This document shows positions 12,937 through 26,689 of a stretch of DNA of 64,000 bases, piece by piece. Origin of the DNA: Vicugna vicugna (lineage: Eukaryota); contig MU058463.1 of assembly GCA_013265495.1 (NCBI GenBank), positions 62,001-126,000 on the forward strand. The letters are read 5' to 3'. The notes under the pieces were generated by a model, which had not been told where the DNA came from, searched no databases, and worked only from the letters and a program-made list of their open reading frames with translations. Positions within the stretch are counted from its first letter, which is position 1. The number at the start of each line of letters is the position of its first letter. Both the position numbers and the translations under genes were made by a program.

Positions 12937-15917
12937 ATTCAGAGACAGAGAGCAGAATAGTGGTTGCCAGGGACTGGGGTGAGGGGGAAGTAAGCAGGGG
13001 ATGGTCAAAGGGTACAGAATTTCATTTATACAATGAATACATTCTAGGATCTAATGTGCTGCATAAGACTACAGTTAATAACACGTACTAAGCTAGAAAG
13101 ACTACAGTTAATAACATCCTATTGTAAGCTAGAAATTTGCTAAGAGAGTACATCTTAAGCCTTTTCACAATGTACAAAAAAATGGTAATTGTGTGAGGTG
13201 ATGGGTGTGTAATTAACTTGATTGTAGTAATCATTTTACAATCTATATGTATATTACTATTGGTGTACCTTAAATCATTAGTTTTGTCAATTATACCTCA
13301 ATAAACCTGGGAAATATACAAATAAAATAACATATCAGCCCAAGTAAGTTCTCTCTTTGAAAGAATGAGGAAAAATCGAATTGATTTTCTTGTCAGACTT
13401 AGCATCCTTATCAATTTTAAATAACATTCTCTCATCTGTTTAATATGTATTAAGTGATTTCCTCAGGCTTGTGCTTCATGTTTTTCTTTGATGTACAGGA
13501 CACATCTTGATTTCCAATACTAAGAATTTAGATGATGTGTTTCTTTTCTTTTCATGTTTTTCCTTTTTTGTTCTGAGTCCAATAAAGGTCTTGTGGGTGA
13601 TGTTCCTTCTTTTACTGGTTGCATAACTACTCAATATCAAACAAGTTTTTAAAGTAGTTTAAAATTTGCCTGTATTCCATAATGTAATTATCGTAAATCA
13701 TGAAATATCTCTTCAGGCTCAAAATTCACAATGAAAATTCCTGATAAAGTCATATCTACAAGAGATTCATTTTAAATTTTATCTACAAGAGATAATTACA
13801 CAGAATTATAGTTTCCCCTTTTTTATTCTTGGTAGAGGGAATATGGAATGTGATCTAAAGAGATTAATGACTAAGATTCTTTTGCTGGCACAATATGTGT
13901 GTGAGAAAAAGAGAGACTGTGTGTTTCTTGAGAGCTCTTTAAAAAAATTATATATTGTTTCTTCTAAATGTTTAATGTCACTTTCCTCAAAAGGATAGAA
14001 AATCGACCAAAGTACTTGAAGCACCTTTGTCATCTTAAAAATGTGTGCTGCACGTAGATAATGTATCACACCTAAGTATTTCATTTTCTCCTACTTCCTC
14101 TTGCTCATCAATTTCTTTTTCTAACAGTAAACTCACTAGTCACAAAAAGGTGTCATTTTTATCCAGGTGGATTTTAAAGCAATTGAATCAAAACTTCTTG
14201 GCCATTTTTTTTTTTTGAGTGTTTTTTTCTGCCCAAAGTCCTTTTTGAGCAAAATACTAAATTTCTTTTAAACTATATTTACATATGCTCAGGAGATAAT
14301 ACATAAACTTTGCAAAGTAAAGATATACATTATTTACCTACCAGGCATTAGGAGAATGAGATATACACCTCCCTAACATTTATTTAGATTAATAAAACCT
14401 TTTCTGTATGAAAAGCAACAAACCATTCTTTGTCAAGCAAGTATACATAGTATGACTTTGCTAGCTTTTGAGGACAAAGGCTTCATTCTATAGTATTTTC
14501 TGCAAATTTTTGTACAATTAATAATTTCTCCATGTATATTTGATAAAAGACTTTTATGATATTATGTCATGGAAATAATGCTTTTCTGAACTCCATATTG
14601 TGAGTATATTATAATGCAATTAGTAATTCAAAATTCTATGTGATTTGTGTGAATTTACTTCAAACGCTTGTTGATACAGAAAAATTCTAATGATGTGTGT
14701 ATAACTAGGCCAGAAACTGAATGATTTTCTGTTAAACTGATTTTAATCAAAATATTTATAAGTATACATAAAGTAGAAAATATTCCCAAATAACATTTTA
14801 TGTTGCTTAATAAAAACAGTTCTACAAAACCCTTTGAGAAACTAAATGGAACTACACATTTTATCTTTTTATCTACAAGTATTAAACAAGTCTCCTTTAT
14901 TTAAAAAAAGGCAAAAGTGAGAAAAGGGAAATGTGAGGAATGTTTGTATCAGATATATTTGTAAGTAGTAATGTACACACAAATACATATATATATACAT
15001 TTATATATGCTTATATACAGTTATAAAAATATTTAAATATATATCTAAAGTTAAAAGTCATAAGATAATTAGAAAAATATGTACAGATTATTAAAGCAGT
15101 ATTGGTGCAAGACTGATCATAATGTTGATTGTAGAGACATTAACTAGGTAGCAAACACTGAATTTCTAATTAATTTTTTACTCACTTTTAAATGAGTTTA
15201 TTCTCTAAAAAGTCAATTTTATAAAATAAATTTCTCAACCTTCCTTTCTATAGTAATTTTAAGAATATAAATTTATCTACCCAATGAAGCCTAGATATAA
15301 TAGCACAAAATACATTGTGATAATTTTTCCCTTTGAAATTATTTCCCAAATGGCTAGAAGATGTTTTTATTATAAGTGTCAATGGTTTGACTGCTTAATT
15401 AAAAAGATGACCTCTATAATCCATTTTAACTTTATTACCTTAGGATTGTTTTTATCTTTATAGCAATGTTCTTTTTCAATTATTTGCTAATAGAGCTGTC
15501 TTCTATAGAAAAGAGCCTCATTGAGATATTGGTATAGATAATCCATTACAAAGTCTAGTATACATAACTCATTACAAAAAAATTATTTAGGAAAATAAAT
15601 AATAAATGATATAAGATGGGAGAAATTAGAAGGCAGGAACAAAAGGCTATGATCTAGTTAATTTGATTTTGAAAGTTATTACTTTTCGAAGAGAAGAAAG
15701 ACTTTTGGAGGACATGTGCAATAGTGAAAACTCTTATGTTTCCATTGATACTATAAAATTATAAAATATGAAATAAATTAGGGTCACAAAGGAGCTTCTA
15801 AATTTAATCTTATTTTTAATGTTAACTTTCATTCACTAATGTAGAAAATATTTCTTCATTTTGAGTCATAGACTGAAAACTCAGGAAACTTTTTATTCTT
15901 CATTACAGAAACTATTC

Positions 15918-16756
15918 TTGGTGAGAAAATGGGCGAAGGTGTTCAAAAGGTACAAAAGCTCAGTTATAAGATAAATAAGTTCTGAGGATATAAGTACAGC
16001 ATGGTAATTAAAGTTAACAATACTGTATTGCATATTTGAAATTTGCTAAGAGAATATATTTTCAAAGTTATCACCAAACATTAAAAAAAAATTGTAACTA
16101 CATGAGATGATGGTAAGACCATAGGCAATGATTGGTCAAATCTATTTCACCTGTCTTCACTAGTCAAGGTCATTTTGAATATCTTTCAAGAGGCATGTAG
16201 CCTAAAGGACAATATGTTTGCCCAAGTACCTTTCCAGAAACTTGGAGTCGGCTATTTCTAGTTCGAGCTTAGTTGGCTGACTGCTTAAGACCACCGACTC
16301 TCCAGCTGGACATGTGGGAGAGTCTGATCATTGACCTTTTGACATCAGGAGCCCCAAAACTCAGATTGTGATAAATGCCTCCATTTTTTAATGTGCAGAA
16401 GTCTATAAATTAGTTATGCCTGCACAGAACTATGATTAAGTCACCTTTTTTCAATCCCCTTTCTCCATGTTCTCCACACCAAGCCCCTTGCCTTGTGGAG
16501 GTGGATCTGAGATTTGATTTCCCGTCTCCTCACTTGGCTGCCTTGAAAATATGCCTTCCCTTTGCTGCTAACCTCAGCATCTCAGTGTTTCTCAGCTTGC
16601 TGCACACCAGGTGACACAAACCTGGGTCTGAAACAATGGATGTGTTAGCTAACCTTACTGTGGTGATATTTTTAATATAAAATCACTACATGGTACGCCC
16701 TAAGCTTACATAATGTTATATGCCAATTATGTATCAATAAGTCTGGGAGGAAAAAA
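15918..16756 (+). mobile_element. L1MA9-like 3' end, split by an LTR
   Basis: aaaatgggcgaaggtgttcaaaaggtacaa...cagttataagataaataagttctgagg...tgtaactacatgagatgatgg | atggatgtgttagctaaccttactgtggtgat...tcaataagtctgggaggaaaaaa. Confidence 0.85.
16114..16635 (+). mobile_element. ERV1-type solo LTR with 4-bp TSD
   Basis: Flanked by ATGG (16110-16113, 16636-16639) and ends ...gaaaca. The host L1 is contiguous across it. Strand inferred from the U5-like 3' portion. Confidence 0.8.
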
Positions 16757-16759
16757 GCA

Positions 16760-19605
16760 CCAGATAATAAGTAAGTGAAAGTAAAATTTAAAAATTTTGT
16801 ATTTTTCTTAATCTAACAGATAACAGTGTGTTTAAAGTGATAACAGCAAAATATGTTCAATTATATATGCTTAGGTATATATTTATGTTATGTACGCTTA
16901 TGTATGAATGAAATGAATGGCAGCAATAGTACAAGGGATGGGAGAGAGAAATTAAAATATTTTGTTATAAGGTATTTGTACTACCTTTTAAGTGGTATAG
17001 TGTTATTTGAAGTGGACCTGTGGTAATTGTAAATGTATATTTCAAATTCTAAGGCCAACACTAAAATCAATCAATCAATCAATCTAATATGCTAAGAAAG
17101 GAGAGAAAATGAAATAACCTAAACAGCTCAATTCAAACCACAAATGGCAGAAAAAGAATGGAAGACAAAAAAAGGAACAACGGACAGGACAAAAAACAGA
17201 AAAATAAATAACAAATATGGTAGATTATTTGAACTATACTAATAATCACTTTGAATGTCAGTGATCTAAATACACCAATTAAAAGAGGTTATCAGAATTA
17301 GTCAAGAAAATAAGACCTAACTACATATTGTCAATAAGAAACTTACTTTAAATATACACGGATATATGGATTCAAAGAAAAGGGAAGAAGGCAGAAATAC
17401 TATACTAACATTAATCAAAAGAAAGCAGGAGCAGCTATATTGATTTCAGCAGACTTTAGAACAAGAAAACTTATAGAGGATAAGAGGGGCCTTATGTATC
17501 AATAAGAGGCTCACAAAGACATAACAATGTTTTAACTAAATGTGTCTAATGACAAGGTATCAAAATACAAGGCAAAATTTGATAGAATTTCAAGGAAAAA
17601 CAGATGAATCCACTATGAAAGTTGGAGATATCAACACCCCTCTATCAGAAATGGACAGATACAGCAGGTAGAAAATAAGTAAGGACACAGTTAAACTCAG
17701 TGTCACTCTCAATCAACTGGATACAGTTTACATCTGTCCTTCATCTAAAAAGAGCACATTCATCCCAAGCTCACATGGAACACACATTAAGGCAGGTCAC
17801 GTACAAGGCCATAAAAATTTTGGCCTGCTAAATTTAAGGAAATAGAAATCCTTCAAAGTCTGCTCTTAGATCATAACAGATGTATACTAGAAATCAATAA
17901 CAGATCACTGAAGAATTTCAAAAATAAATGGAGATTAAATTTTAAATAAGACATAGGTCAAAGAAAATCCTCACTCTCACTAAAAGTATTTTGAACTAAA
18001 TGAAAATGAAAATGTAACCAATCAAAATTTGTCAATGTAGCAGAAATAGTGCTTACAGGAAATTTTACAGCATTAAACACATGTATTAGAAAAGATGAAA
18101 GATCTTAATTCAACTATGTAAGCTTACACCTTAGTAAATTATAAAAAAGCACATTAAGTCCAAAGTAATGAGAAAAAAAAGAAATAAGAATTAAAGCAGA
18201 AATCAATGCAACAAAAAATAGGAAATCAATAAAGAAAAATCAAGGAAACAAAAAGTCATTTCTTTGAAAAGATCAATAAAAATAAGACTCTAGGCACAAT
18301 AAGAATAAAAGAGAAAAGACAGATTAATAATAACAGAAATGAAAGGTGGGACAGCACCACCAAACTCACGGACACTGAAAGGGTAAACAACTTATGAACT
18401 AGTCTATGTCCACATGGAAGGGATTATCTAGATAAAATTGATAATAATAATTTAGATAAATAATAATCTAAATTGATATATTTGATAATCTAGATAAAAT
18501 TACCTGAAAGACACAATGTGCCAAAGTTAGTACAAGTATACATAGACAATATGATTCAATCTACATCTATTAAAGATATTGAATCAATAAATTAGAACTT
18601 TCCCAAACAGATAGCACAAGGCCCAGATGGATTTAATGGGGAAAGCTATGTAACATTTAAGGAGTAAATTATACCAATTCTTTACAATTTATTTCAGAAG
18701 ATAGAAGCAGAAAGAGTACTTCCTAATTCACTCTGAGTCCAGCATTATCCTAATACCAAAACCAGGCAAAGACATTATAAGAAAATAAAACTACATGCCA
18801 ATGTTTCTCAAAGAAGATAAACAGGTGATTAAAAACTATATGAAAAAAAAAGTGTTCAACAGCATGAAACAGTAGGAATTACAAATTAAAACAATAATGT
18901 GATACCACTACATACCTATCAGAATGGCTGATACCAAAATCTGAAACACCAATAACACCAAATGCTGGCAGGGATATGGAGCCACGGGAACTCTCATTCA
19001 TTGTTGGTGGAATGGCAAAAAGACAGTTTTACAAAACTACACATACTCTTACTATAAGATCCAGCAATTGCATTTCTTGATATTTATCCAAAGAAATTAA
19101 AAACTTTTGTCAGCACAAAAACTTGTACATAGATGTCTATAGCAGCTTTACTGATAATTGTCAAAACTGGGGAGCAACCAAGGGGTCATTCAGTAGGTGA
19201 ATGGATAAACTGTGGTACACACAGACAACAAAATATTATTTAGTGCTAAAAACAAATGAGCTATCAAACCATGAAGATATGGAGAAACTTTACATGTATA
19301 CCATTAAGTGAAAGAGCCCTGTTTGAAAATGCTAGATTGTTTAAGATTTCAACTATATGACATTCTGGAAAAGGCAAGGAGACAATAAATGATCATTGGT
19401 TGCCAGAAGTGGGGACAGAGAGAGATGTACAGGCAAAGCACAGAGGATTTGAAGCACAGTGAAAATACTCTGCATGATTTTATAATAATGGATATACAGC
19501 ATTGTATTTTGCCCAAACCCACAGGATGTACAACACCAAAAGTGAACCCTAAGATAAATCACGGACTTTGGGTTATATGATGTGTCAATATAGGTTCATC
19601 CTTGG
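16760..19605 (+). mobile_element. L1MC1/2-like element: inter-ORF, ORF2 endonuclease region, deletion of RT core, 3' UTR
   Basis: EN-region motifs (aatcactttgaatgtcagtgatctaaatacaccaattaaaaga; gttggagatatcaacacccctctatcagaaatggacaga), ggcccagatggattt, and L1MC 3' UTR (caaacccacaggatgtacaacaccaaaagtgaaccctaa). Confidence 0.9.
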
Positions 19606-19628
19606 ATATATGTCCATCTCCATTTTAG

Positions 19629-19631
<3 letters not shown>

Positions 19632-19664
<33 letters not shown>
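19632..19664. repeat. (TA)n microsatellite
   Basis: Direct observation. Confidence 0.9.
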
Positions 19665-19669
<5 letters not shown>

Positions 19670-19834
19670 TATATATGTCTCCTACATATTTCTAAAGTTT
19701 ATAGTCAATTTATACTTGAGACATACAATTAATATCTAGGCTTATGGTATTTATGATAATCATAAAGTCTCCATTTTACAATATTTTGGTGGTGGAAGGA
19801 AAAGTAAAATCTAATATAGTTAGTGGTAGTCAAA

Positions 19835-20015
19835 TACCAGTTCTCAGTCAAGTCTAAACCTGGTTATATCACTATCAACTAGGAAACATTTAAAAAATAC
19901 ATAATGCCATGTCCCTAACCCAGCTAGATGATAGCAACTAAGTATCTTCATTAAAGTGAAAACAAACAAAGTCTTCCTCAGTTTTTTCCTCATGTGTAGC
20001 TCCTTTAGAAAGTGC
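19835..20015. mobile_element. MER5-like hAT-Charlie fragment
   Basis: cagttctca...aacctggtt...atcaactaggaaacatttaaaaaatacataatgcc. Confidence 0.4.
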
Positions 20016-20634
20016 ATAATCATGTCTAGTATTTTTGGAAGTACATCCTACTTTCTGAGAAACAAATCAAACTATTTTCCTTCCAAAACTTTTGCAAATG
20101 CTATATAACTTGCCTAACTCCTACCACTTTTCAAAGCCTCAGCTCAAATTTCATTTAATCAAAATGCTACATCAAAAACATCTGAGAAATACTACATTGT
20201 ATCAAAATAATGGCTCACTATTCTAGGAAAATGTATAAAGAAAAAAATTTCTAAACAAAGAATTTAATTTTAATATTCCTATTCCCAATTAATATTATTA
20301 TTTGCTAGATTTGCTTCTTCCTAAAGATAATGTCCTAAAATAAGACACTGGTATCTACAGTTCTCTACTTTCAGTGTAAGTTTAATTAAAAAGCTTGATT
20401 GTATGTCTGAATTAATAATTTAGTTCAATTAATATGAAGATGGAAGGGAGGTCTCCACAGAAATAATGGTTATTCAGGGAGAAATACAATGAGTAAGTGA
20501 TACAGGCTTCAAGGAGGGGGAAACTCACGGAGTAAAGGTGTTTGGAAGTCGACATAAATAAAACGGATACACTCAGTTTAAAGGCTGCTTTCCTACAAGC
20601 ATTTTCTTGGCTGTGGTTCCTCCCTAACTGAGCT

Positions 20635-20780
20635 AGGAGGACTGGATTCAATTCATAACTCTGCCAACTTCTAGATGTGTGATCTATGAAGAAGTCACAA
20701 ACTTTCCATGTCTGAGTCTACATATTTTAAAAACAGAGTTAGTAATATCCCACAGAGTTTACATGAAAGCCAACAGGACA
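20635..20780 (+). mobile_element. MIR SINE
   Basis: gactggattcaattcataactctgccaacttctagatgtgtgatct...gtcacaaactt. Confidence 0.65.
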
Positions 20781-21439
20781 ATTTTTATTAAATTAAATGA
20801 CTATTATTACTACAACACCTTGGATGACTGATGTCTGATATTTATCCAAATACAATTCATCATACTAGTTCTCTGGATTACATTTTTAATTTAAAAAGCA
20901 AAAAAAAAAAAAAAATCAAGCCATAGTGTTAAGTTTTTCAGAACACATTAGACAAATCAGAAAGGAAATGGCACTTAAACTATTAATTATATCATTACAG
21001 ATAATTACATGGTGCATGATGGGAAAGGGTTTGATAAAGCTAAGAAGAACTTTTAGAGCTGGAGCACAAAAAGAGCCAATATTAACTCATGTCAAAAAAA
21101 GAAGAGGAACAAAAGGAATTAAACTAAGCTAAGATCTACCATTTAAAGAAGCACGTGCAACTGCAGGGCTAGTAAGCACTTGCCGCATGAACAATTATTG
21201 AGATGGTTTTTGAGGCAATGATAATTTCCTAGCTAACATTCTTCAGTGCCACACTCTAGGGCATTTAAGGTATGTAACTCTAACACTGATTCACATTTAA
21301 ATTTCTGGTGAAATTTTCTCATTTATTTTAAATCTCTCCTAATTAATCCCTTCGGCATCTGTTTTTGTGTGTGCGTGCGTGCGTGTGTGTGTATATAGCC
21401 TCTCCCATTAGATGTAGATATTCGCGTTCCATTTTTCAG

Positions 21440-22100
21440 TGTCCTTGTTTTCCTGGGATACATTTCATATAATTAGTTCATGTATATCCTTCTGTTCACT
21501 AGTTCCTTCATCATCTATGTCTAATCTGATATTCAACTCATCTATTAGCTTTTCTATCTTTATATTATACATTTTACATTTAAAGTTCCATTTGATGTCA
21601 CTGTAATACTCTCAGATAATATCTGATGTATTCATTTTCCCTGAAAATTTTATAAATACTGTTTTATAGCATATATTTATAGCATTTGTAATATCAAAGC
21701 ATCTAGTATTTTGGGGAATGATGTGATTTTCAGTTTGTTGTTTTATTAACTACATCTCTTGGTGCCTCCCTTCTTTACAATTTTCTTCAGTTTCCAGCTT
21801 TGGATTTGCACTTGCAGTTTGATTGAATGAATCCATGGGAATCTTGGAGGACCTGGATTGAAGCTCTGTTCCACTCAGAGATATCTGTGTTAGACGTCCC
21901 ATGCAGACTCTAAGACTTTAAGATGAATACTTCTGTGGTTTCCCAGATAATGTTCATTTTAACCTCAATTCCAATGTCAGGCCTGTAGTTACCAATTCTA
22001 CTGGAGGGTATTTTCCCTCCAATCTGTTAAAGCCAAGATTGACAAGTTAATATGAGTCTCCTTCCCTACTTTGGGATCCATCATTTTACTGATATTGCAG
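21440..22100 (-). mobile_element. Old L1/HAL1-like ORF1 and 5' fragment
   Basis: Antisense motif ttctgttcactagttccttcatcatctatgtctaatctgatattcaactcatctatt. Confidence 0.4.
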
Positions 22101-23221
22101 CCCTTCCAAATTCTTGGCTGTATGTTCTGATCTGTCTTTTACTTTGTCTGACAAACAAGTTTTTCTTTTCTTTAATTTTTAGTATTCAATAATTATACAA
22201 TGTATAATTAAATCTTGTCCCATCTTTAGGGATTAAGATCTTACTTTCCATACTAATTCCATGCTTCTTTAATTTTTATTTTTTTGGGTTTTTTTTTTGC
22301 AGTTTATTCTTAACATAGTTGTACATTTTTAAGTTACATTTACTCAAAACGTGTGTGTGTGTCTGTGTGTGAGGGCTGGGGATGCTGGTATCTAATCCAT
22401 AATATCCATAATATCCATGTATCTAATCCATAATAATAATAGCAGTGGGACTTGAAAAATGATAAAAGGGCTAGAGAGACACTTCAGAAGACCTTCACAA
22501 CAATTAATTATCTAAAGCTATCAAACAGCGCTCTGTAGAAACTTCTGGTACCAGGAAAGGCTTAACTACCTCACCCACCACTCAAAGAAGAGGTAAATAT
22601 CCCTAATGAATTTAGACAAATGCGCAAAGCTTTATTTCAAATCACACCTCCCACTCCAATCCCTCAGGCTTTGTCAGTGAAAACAGATTATATGCAAGAC
22701 AAAGAAGGATAAATGAAGTATGAGTCATTTCAGTTCAAGCCAAAATTATTAGAGTGACCAATAGGTTATTTTTATGTAGGGTCTGGTGAGGTATATGGAG
22801 TCTTTTAGACTATTTAATTTTAGTTTATTAAAATGCACAGTAACACATAATATTTTATATAAAATTAAATTCAAGCTTAGTGTACCAAGAAGAGTTCCCA
22901 GAGAAAGTCTTACCAAAAGTAAGAACTGATAGACAAATAAGAGTTATTGGAACAAAAAAGAGTTAACAATATAAATATTAGTGTCTTTAAAAGTCTACCA
23001 AGACAAGAGTTAAGTAGGCTATTTATTTATTATTTATTTTTAAATTAATTTTAACTAATTTGTTTAATTTTTGTGTCAAATTAATTCCCCGGAGGCATTA
23101 TGAAGGCTGAAATGAAATAGGAAAGAGTCCAGTGTTCAGAGAAGAAGTATTTTTCATTTTTAAATTCCAAAAAAGAAGGATTTAGAGCTTTTAAAAAAAG
23201 CAAGGAGAACAGGAATAAATA

Positions 23222-23407
23222 ATATACAGAAAATAGATAAACAGCAAGTTCATACAATATAGCACAGGGAACTATATTCAATATCTTATAGTAACAGTGA
23301 AAAAGAATATAAAAATGAATATGTGTATGTTCATGTATACCAGAAATTGACACAACATTGTAAACTGACTATACTTCAATTAAATATATATATATATAAA
23401 TATAAAA
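23222..23407 (+). mobile_element. Short, relatively young L1 3' end (camelid-like)
   Basis: tatagcacagggaactatattcaatatcttatagtaac...ccagaaattgacacaacattgtaaactgactatacttcaattaaa plus AT-rich tail. Confidence 0.85.
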
Positions 23408-23599
23408 GATAATGATGCTTTAAGGGTGGATTTTTTAAAATAATAGAACCAGTAAAACTAGTACACATGAGGAACTGTAGGAAGTGGCCTGGATGTTTCT
23501 AATTTGGGTGAGTGGACAGAGGGTAAAACCTTTATCCAATAGATTATATGATAATAGCTTCAAAGACCCACGTTGAGCTGAAAGGCAGACAAACAGTAG

Positions 23600-23755
23600 A
23601 GCCTAGTGGTTCAAACAATAAATATTAGAGCCAGACTATCTATCTGAGTTAAATTCTCAGTTCCAACACTATCTGAATAAATATTGTTCATATTATTTCA
23701 TCTATTGTGCCTTTGTTTCCTTATCAGTAATAACAGTTATACCAACTCACACCAA
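23600..23755 (+). mobile_element. MIR SINE
   Basis: gcctagtggtt...tagagccagact...tgtgcctttgtttccttatcagtaa. Confidence 0.65.
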
Positions 23756-23775
23756 ACTAATGAGGTTTAAATTTT

Positions 23776-23782
23776 ACATATA

Positions 23783-23813
<31 letters not shown>

Positions 23814-23892
23814 ATACTCACTAAGAACACTATTTGGCATACATATGTATATAAATATGTATATGTATATAAATATGTACATATGTATATAA
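23776..23892. repeat. (TG)n / (TA)-rich simple repeat
   Basis: Direct observation. Confidence 0.8.
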
Positions 23893-24797
23893 ATGTTAAA
23901 TATTAATAATTTATTTCTGTAATCTTTTGGGTTGCAACTCAAACTAGGGAGAAAAATCATAGCTGAAGAAACAGAAATCATCAGTATGTATAAGCACAAT
24001 GGTGTCTTGTTTCATGAGTGACCTGCTACAAATGATCATTTTTTTTTCTTTTTCATCTCCTGGTCACCACCACCCCCCTAAATGGCAAATACTTAAAAAC
24101 ATTAAAGGGAAAGGGAAGGCTTGTGATCAACAAAGCATTGGGGAATCATTTTAGTGACCTTTCTAAGAGGAGTAAATAGCTTGAGACTCACTAGATGTAG
24201 CTATGGGGAAATTAAGCACAGCTGCCAAAAAAATAAATTAACAAAATATTTGTATTCTGACAGTTTTAGAGAAAATTCTTAGCCCCTTCTTGAATAACGA
24301 ACCCTAGAAAAGATTTACTTTGAGAGTGGGAGATGCATGGGTTTCTGGTTAGAGACAGTTAGAAGAAGGCTTGAACAGAGGACCTAGGACTGTTTCAATC
24401 CTTGAAGAGACTTTTTTGTTAATTGAAACAGCTCAGTGGCAAAGCACTATAGAGGTTGATAAATGCCCTTTCTCCAAAGAACCACTCTGAATAAAACCAG
24501 TGTCAGTGTCCTGTGGAAGTTTAACAAGTAGTCTCAGTCACTGACTCCAGATCTGACCTGACTCTCAGAGTCATATTATTCACTGCAGTATACTTTAATT
24601 TTTTATGGACGATCTTTTAGAAAGGATCACATTCAAGCTAAGTACACACATCTTACCTTTGAAGAACAACCATGTTCATGGACTATATCATGACATTCAA
24701 GCATCACTTCGGTGTACTATAGCACTGGAATAACACAGCCAAAGTTTTGCTTTGTAAATTGGATACTACAAAAGGACAGTGTATCTTTATACACCCT

Positions 24798-24980
24798 GAG
24801 GCTGCCAGATTTAGCAAGTAAAAATACAGGCCAAGTTAATTTAGCATTTCAGATTCACCAGGAATACTTTTTTTAGTATACATATGTCTTGTGCAAAAGT
24901 TCGAATATATACTGAAATATACATGGTTTATCTGAAATTCAAATTTAATTGGGCATCCTTTACGGTATCTGGCAGCTCTA
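24798..24980 (+). mobile_element. MER53 palindromic MITE, full length
   Basis: ggctgccagatttagcaagtaaaaatacagg ... tttatctgaaattcaaatttaattgggcatcc...atctggcagctcta. Terminal inverted repeats gctgccagat/atctggcagc. Confidence 0.9.
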
Positions 24981-26689
24981 AGGATGTTGGCTTTGCTTCA
25001 GCACAATTGGCCCAAACCAATTTCCATATAGTCAACAGAGTTTCTTTACTCAAATAGGTATACAAATAGAGCACTCAGGTGAACTGGAATTTCCCATAAA
25101 GACATTTGATAAATAAGGATACCTATAAATATAAAGCACCAAGGGGGTTTAAAGCATTGGAATGAGACAGAATGGGCAACTATGCCCCCTGCTCCACCTC
25201 ATTGGTATGATGGGCATGTGAGTTCCTGTGGGAACTGGAGATGAGAAAGACTTGAGGACTAACGTGCAAGGAGTTTTGGAAATATATTCATTGCATTAAA
25301 ATAGTGGCTCCATGTTTAGCAACACAAAACAAACAAGGCATGCAAAGAAAAACTTTAAAAAAATTAAACCCATTAGGATAAATAACTCAACCTTTAAGAA
25401 AATAAATGGAGGAATTTATAAAGTTGGAAGAGGAAACAGAGTCAGTTTGAAAAAAGAGACATCAAAAAAGGAGAACATGCCAAGGCATAAAGGATGCCGA
25501 GCAGCTTCACCGCCAAATATGGAATTTAAAGTTATTCTCAGAAAGGCCTTCTTCACTATAGGTTGTGGAAGAACAAGAAACAACTACCAAGTTAAAAATA
25601 TGTAGAAGAGTCAAATGCTATACTTAATAAGATATAAAGTTTCCATCTTAATACTCCTAGCTATTAAAAATCATTGGTGATAATGAAATTAAATGCATGT
25701 GATTCCAACTTTATAATATGAAGTGACTCAGATAAATTATCTTCTTTCCAAACATTTTAACAAGTACAAAATCTTCCAAGAGATAAAAGTTTAACTATTT
25801 TAGCAGTCTATCCAAACAATAGATTTTAGCTGTGCTAATATGACTAATTGTTTACACGACTGCCTACAGACAGACAATAGTGCCTATTGACACTAAAAAT
25901 AGATTATATGTGAATTCACCATGTATATCTATAAATTTAAAGCGTATGTATATGCATTACATATCCATATGATCAATGCTTTTGTATCATGTTACTGTTA
26001 TTACAATCCTTTTAATAGGATTATTTTAGCATTGGAAGCGTTTAGTAGGTATTTTTCTTTTGTAGTTTCCCTAAATATCTAAAATTATCACATGTGTAAG
26101 TATGTGTAGGTGTGCGTGGCATGTATGTAGGATGTTAATGAGGGGGTATGTTAACAATATAGAGAGAAAAACAATATGTAAAGTAGATCTCAGCTACTTG
26201 CTGATTCATTGTGAAAAAATAGTAACAGAAAAGTTTTAATTATTTATGCAGTGAATTCTGAGCTTCTTATTCTACAACAGCACACATATTCTAAAATTTA
26301 GGCGTTTAAATAAAATGGAATTCTCTAATAATTTCTTGAATTTCATTTGCAACTGAAAAGAGATTCTAAATAGAATAGATTTTGTTTGCAGAGGATAGTA
26401 TTTGGAATTAATGTGCCATTTCATTATTAAGAATGTTTTGTCATTTCTCATTAGAAAAAGGCTCAAAATTAATTATGAAGTTCAAATTTGCATTGAGGTT
26501 GTAACAATATCCATTTACAATGAGTAAAATCTATGATTGTGAGTTTATAATTGCAAATTATAAGGCAAGATTTTAAGACAAATTTTTAATGAATACTGAG
26601 TACCTGTGGCCATAATTCATAGATATCCCAGATAATTTGCTCCTCTGGAGAGTATACCATGGAAAAATACTCAATTAAATAAACTATTT

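Larger units (their letters stand above)
10978..13330 (+). mobile_element. 5'-truncated L1 (L1MA-type 3' UTR), decayed ORF2 with large internal deletion
   Basis: ORF 10981-11190 holds EN motif IIVEGFNTP..MDRSSRQKINK and RT motif KEVKLSLFANDMIV. Downstream ORF2 C-terminal sequence, L1MA-like 3' UTR (tgtgaggtgatgg...gtcaattatacctcaataaa) and A-rich tail. Confidence 0.95.

Noticed and set aside
21366..21397. Alternating purine-pyrimidine (TG/CG) tract, potential Z-DNA
   Set aside because: Ordinary short microsatellite.
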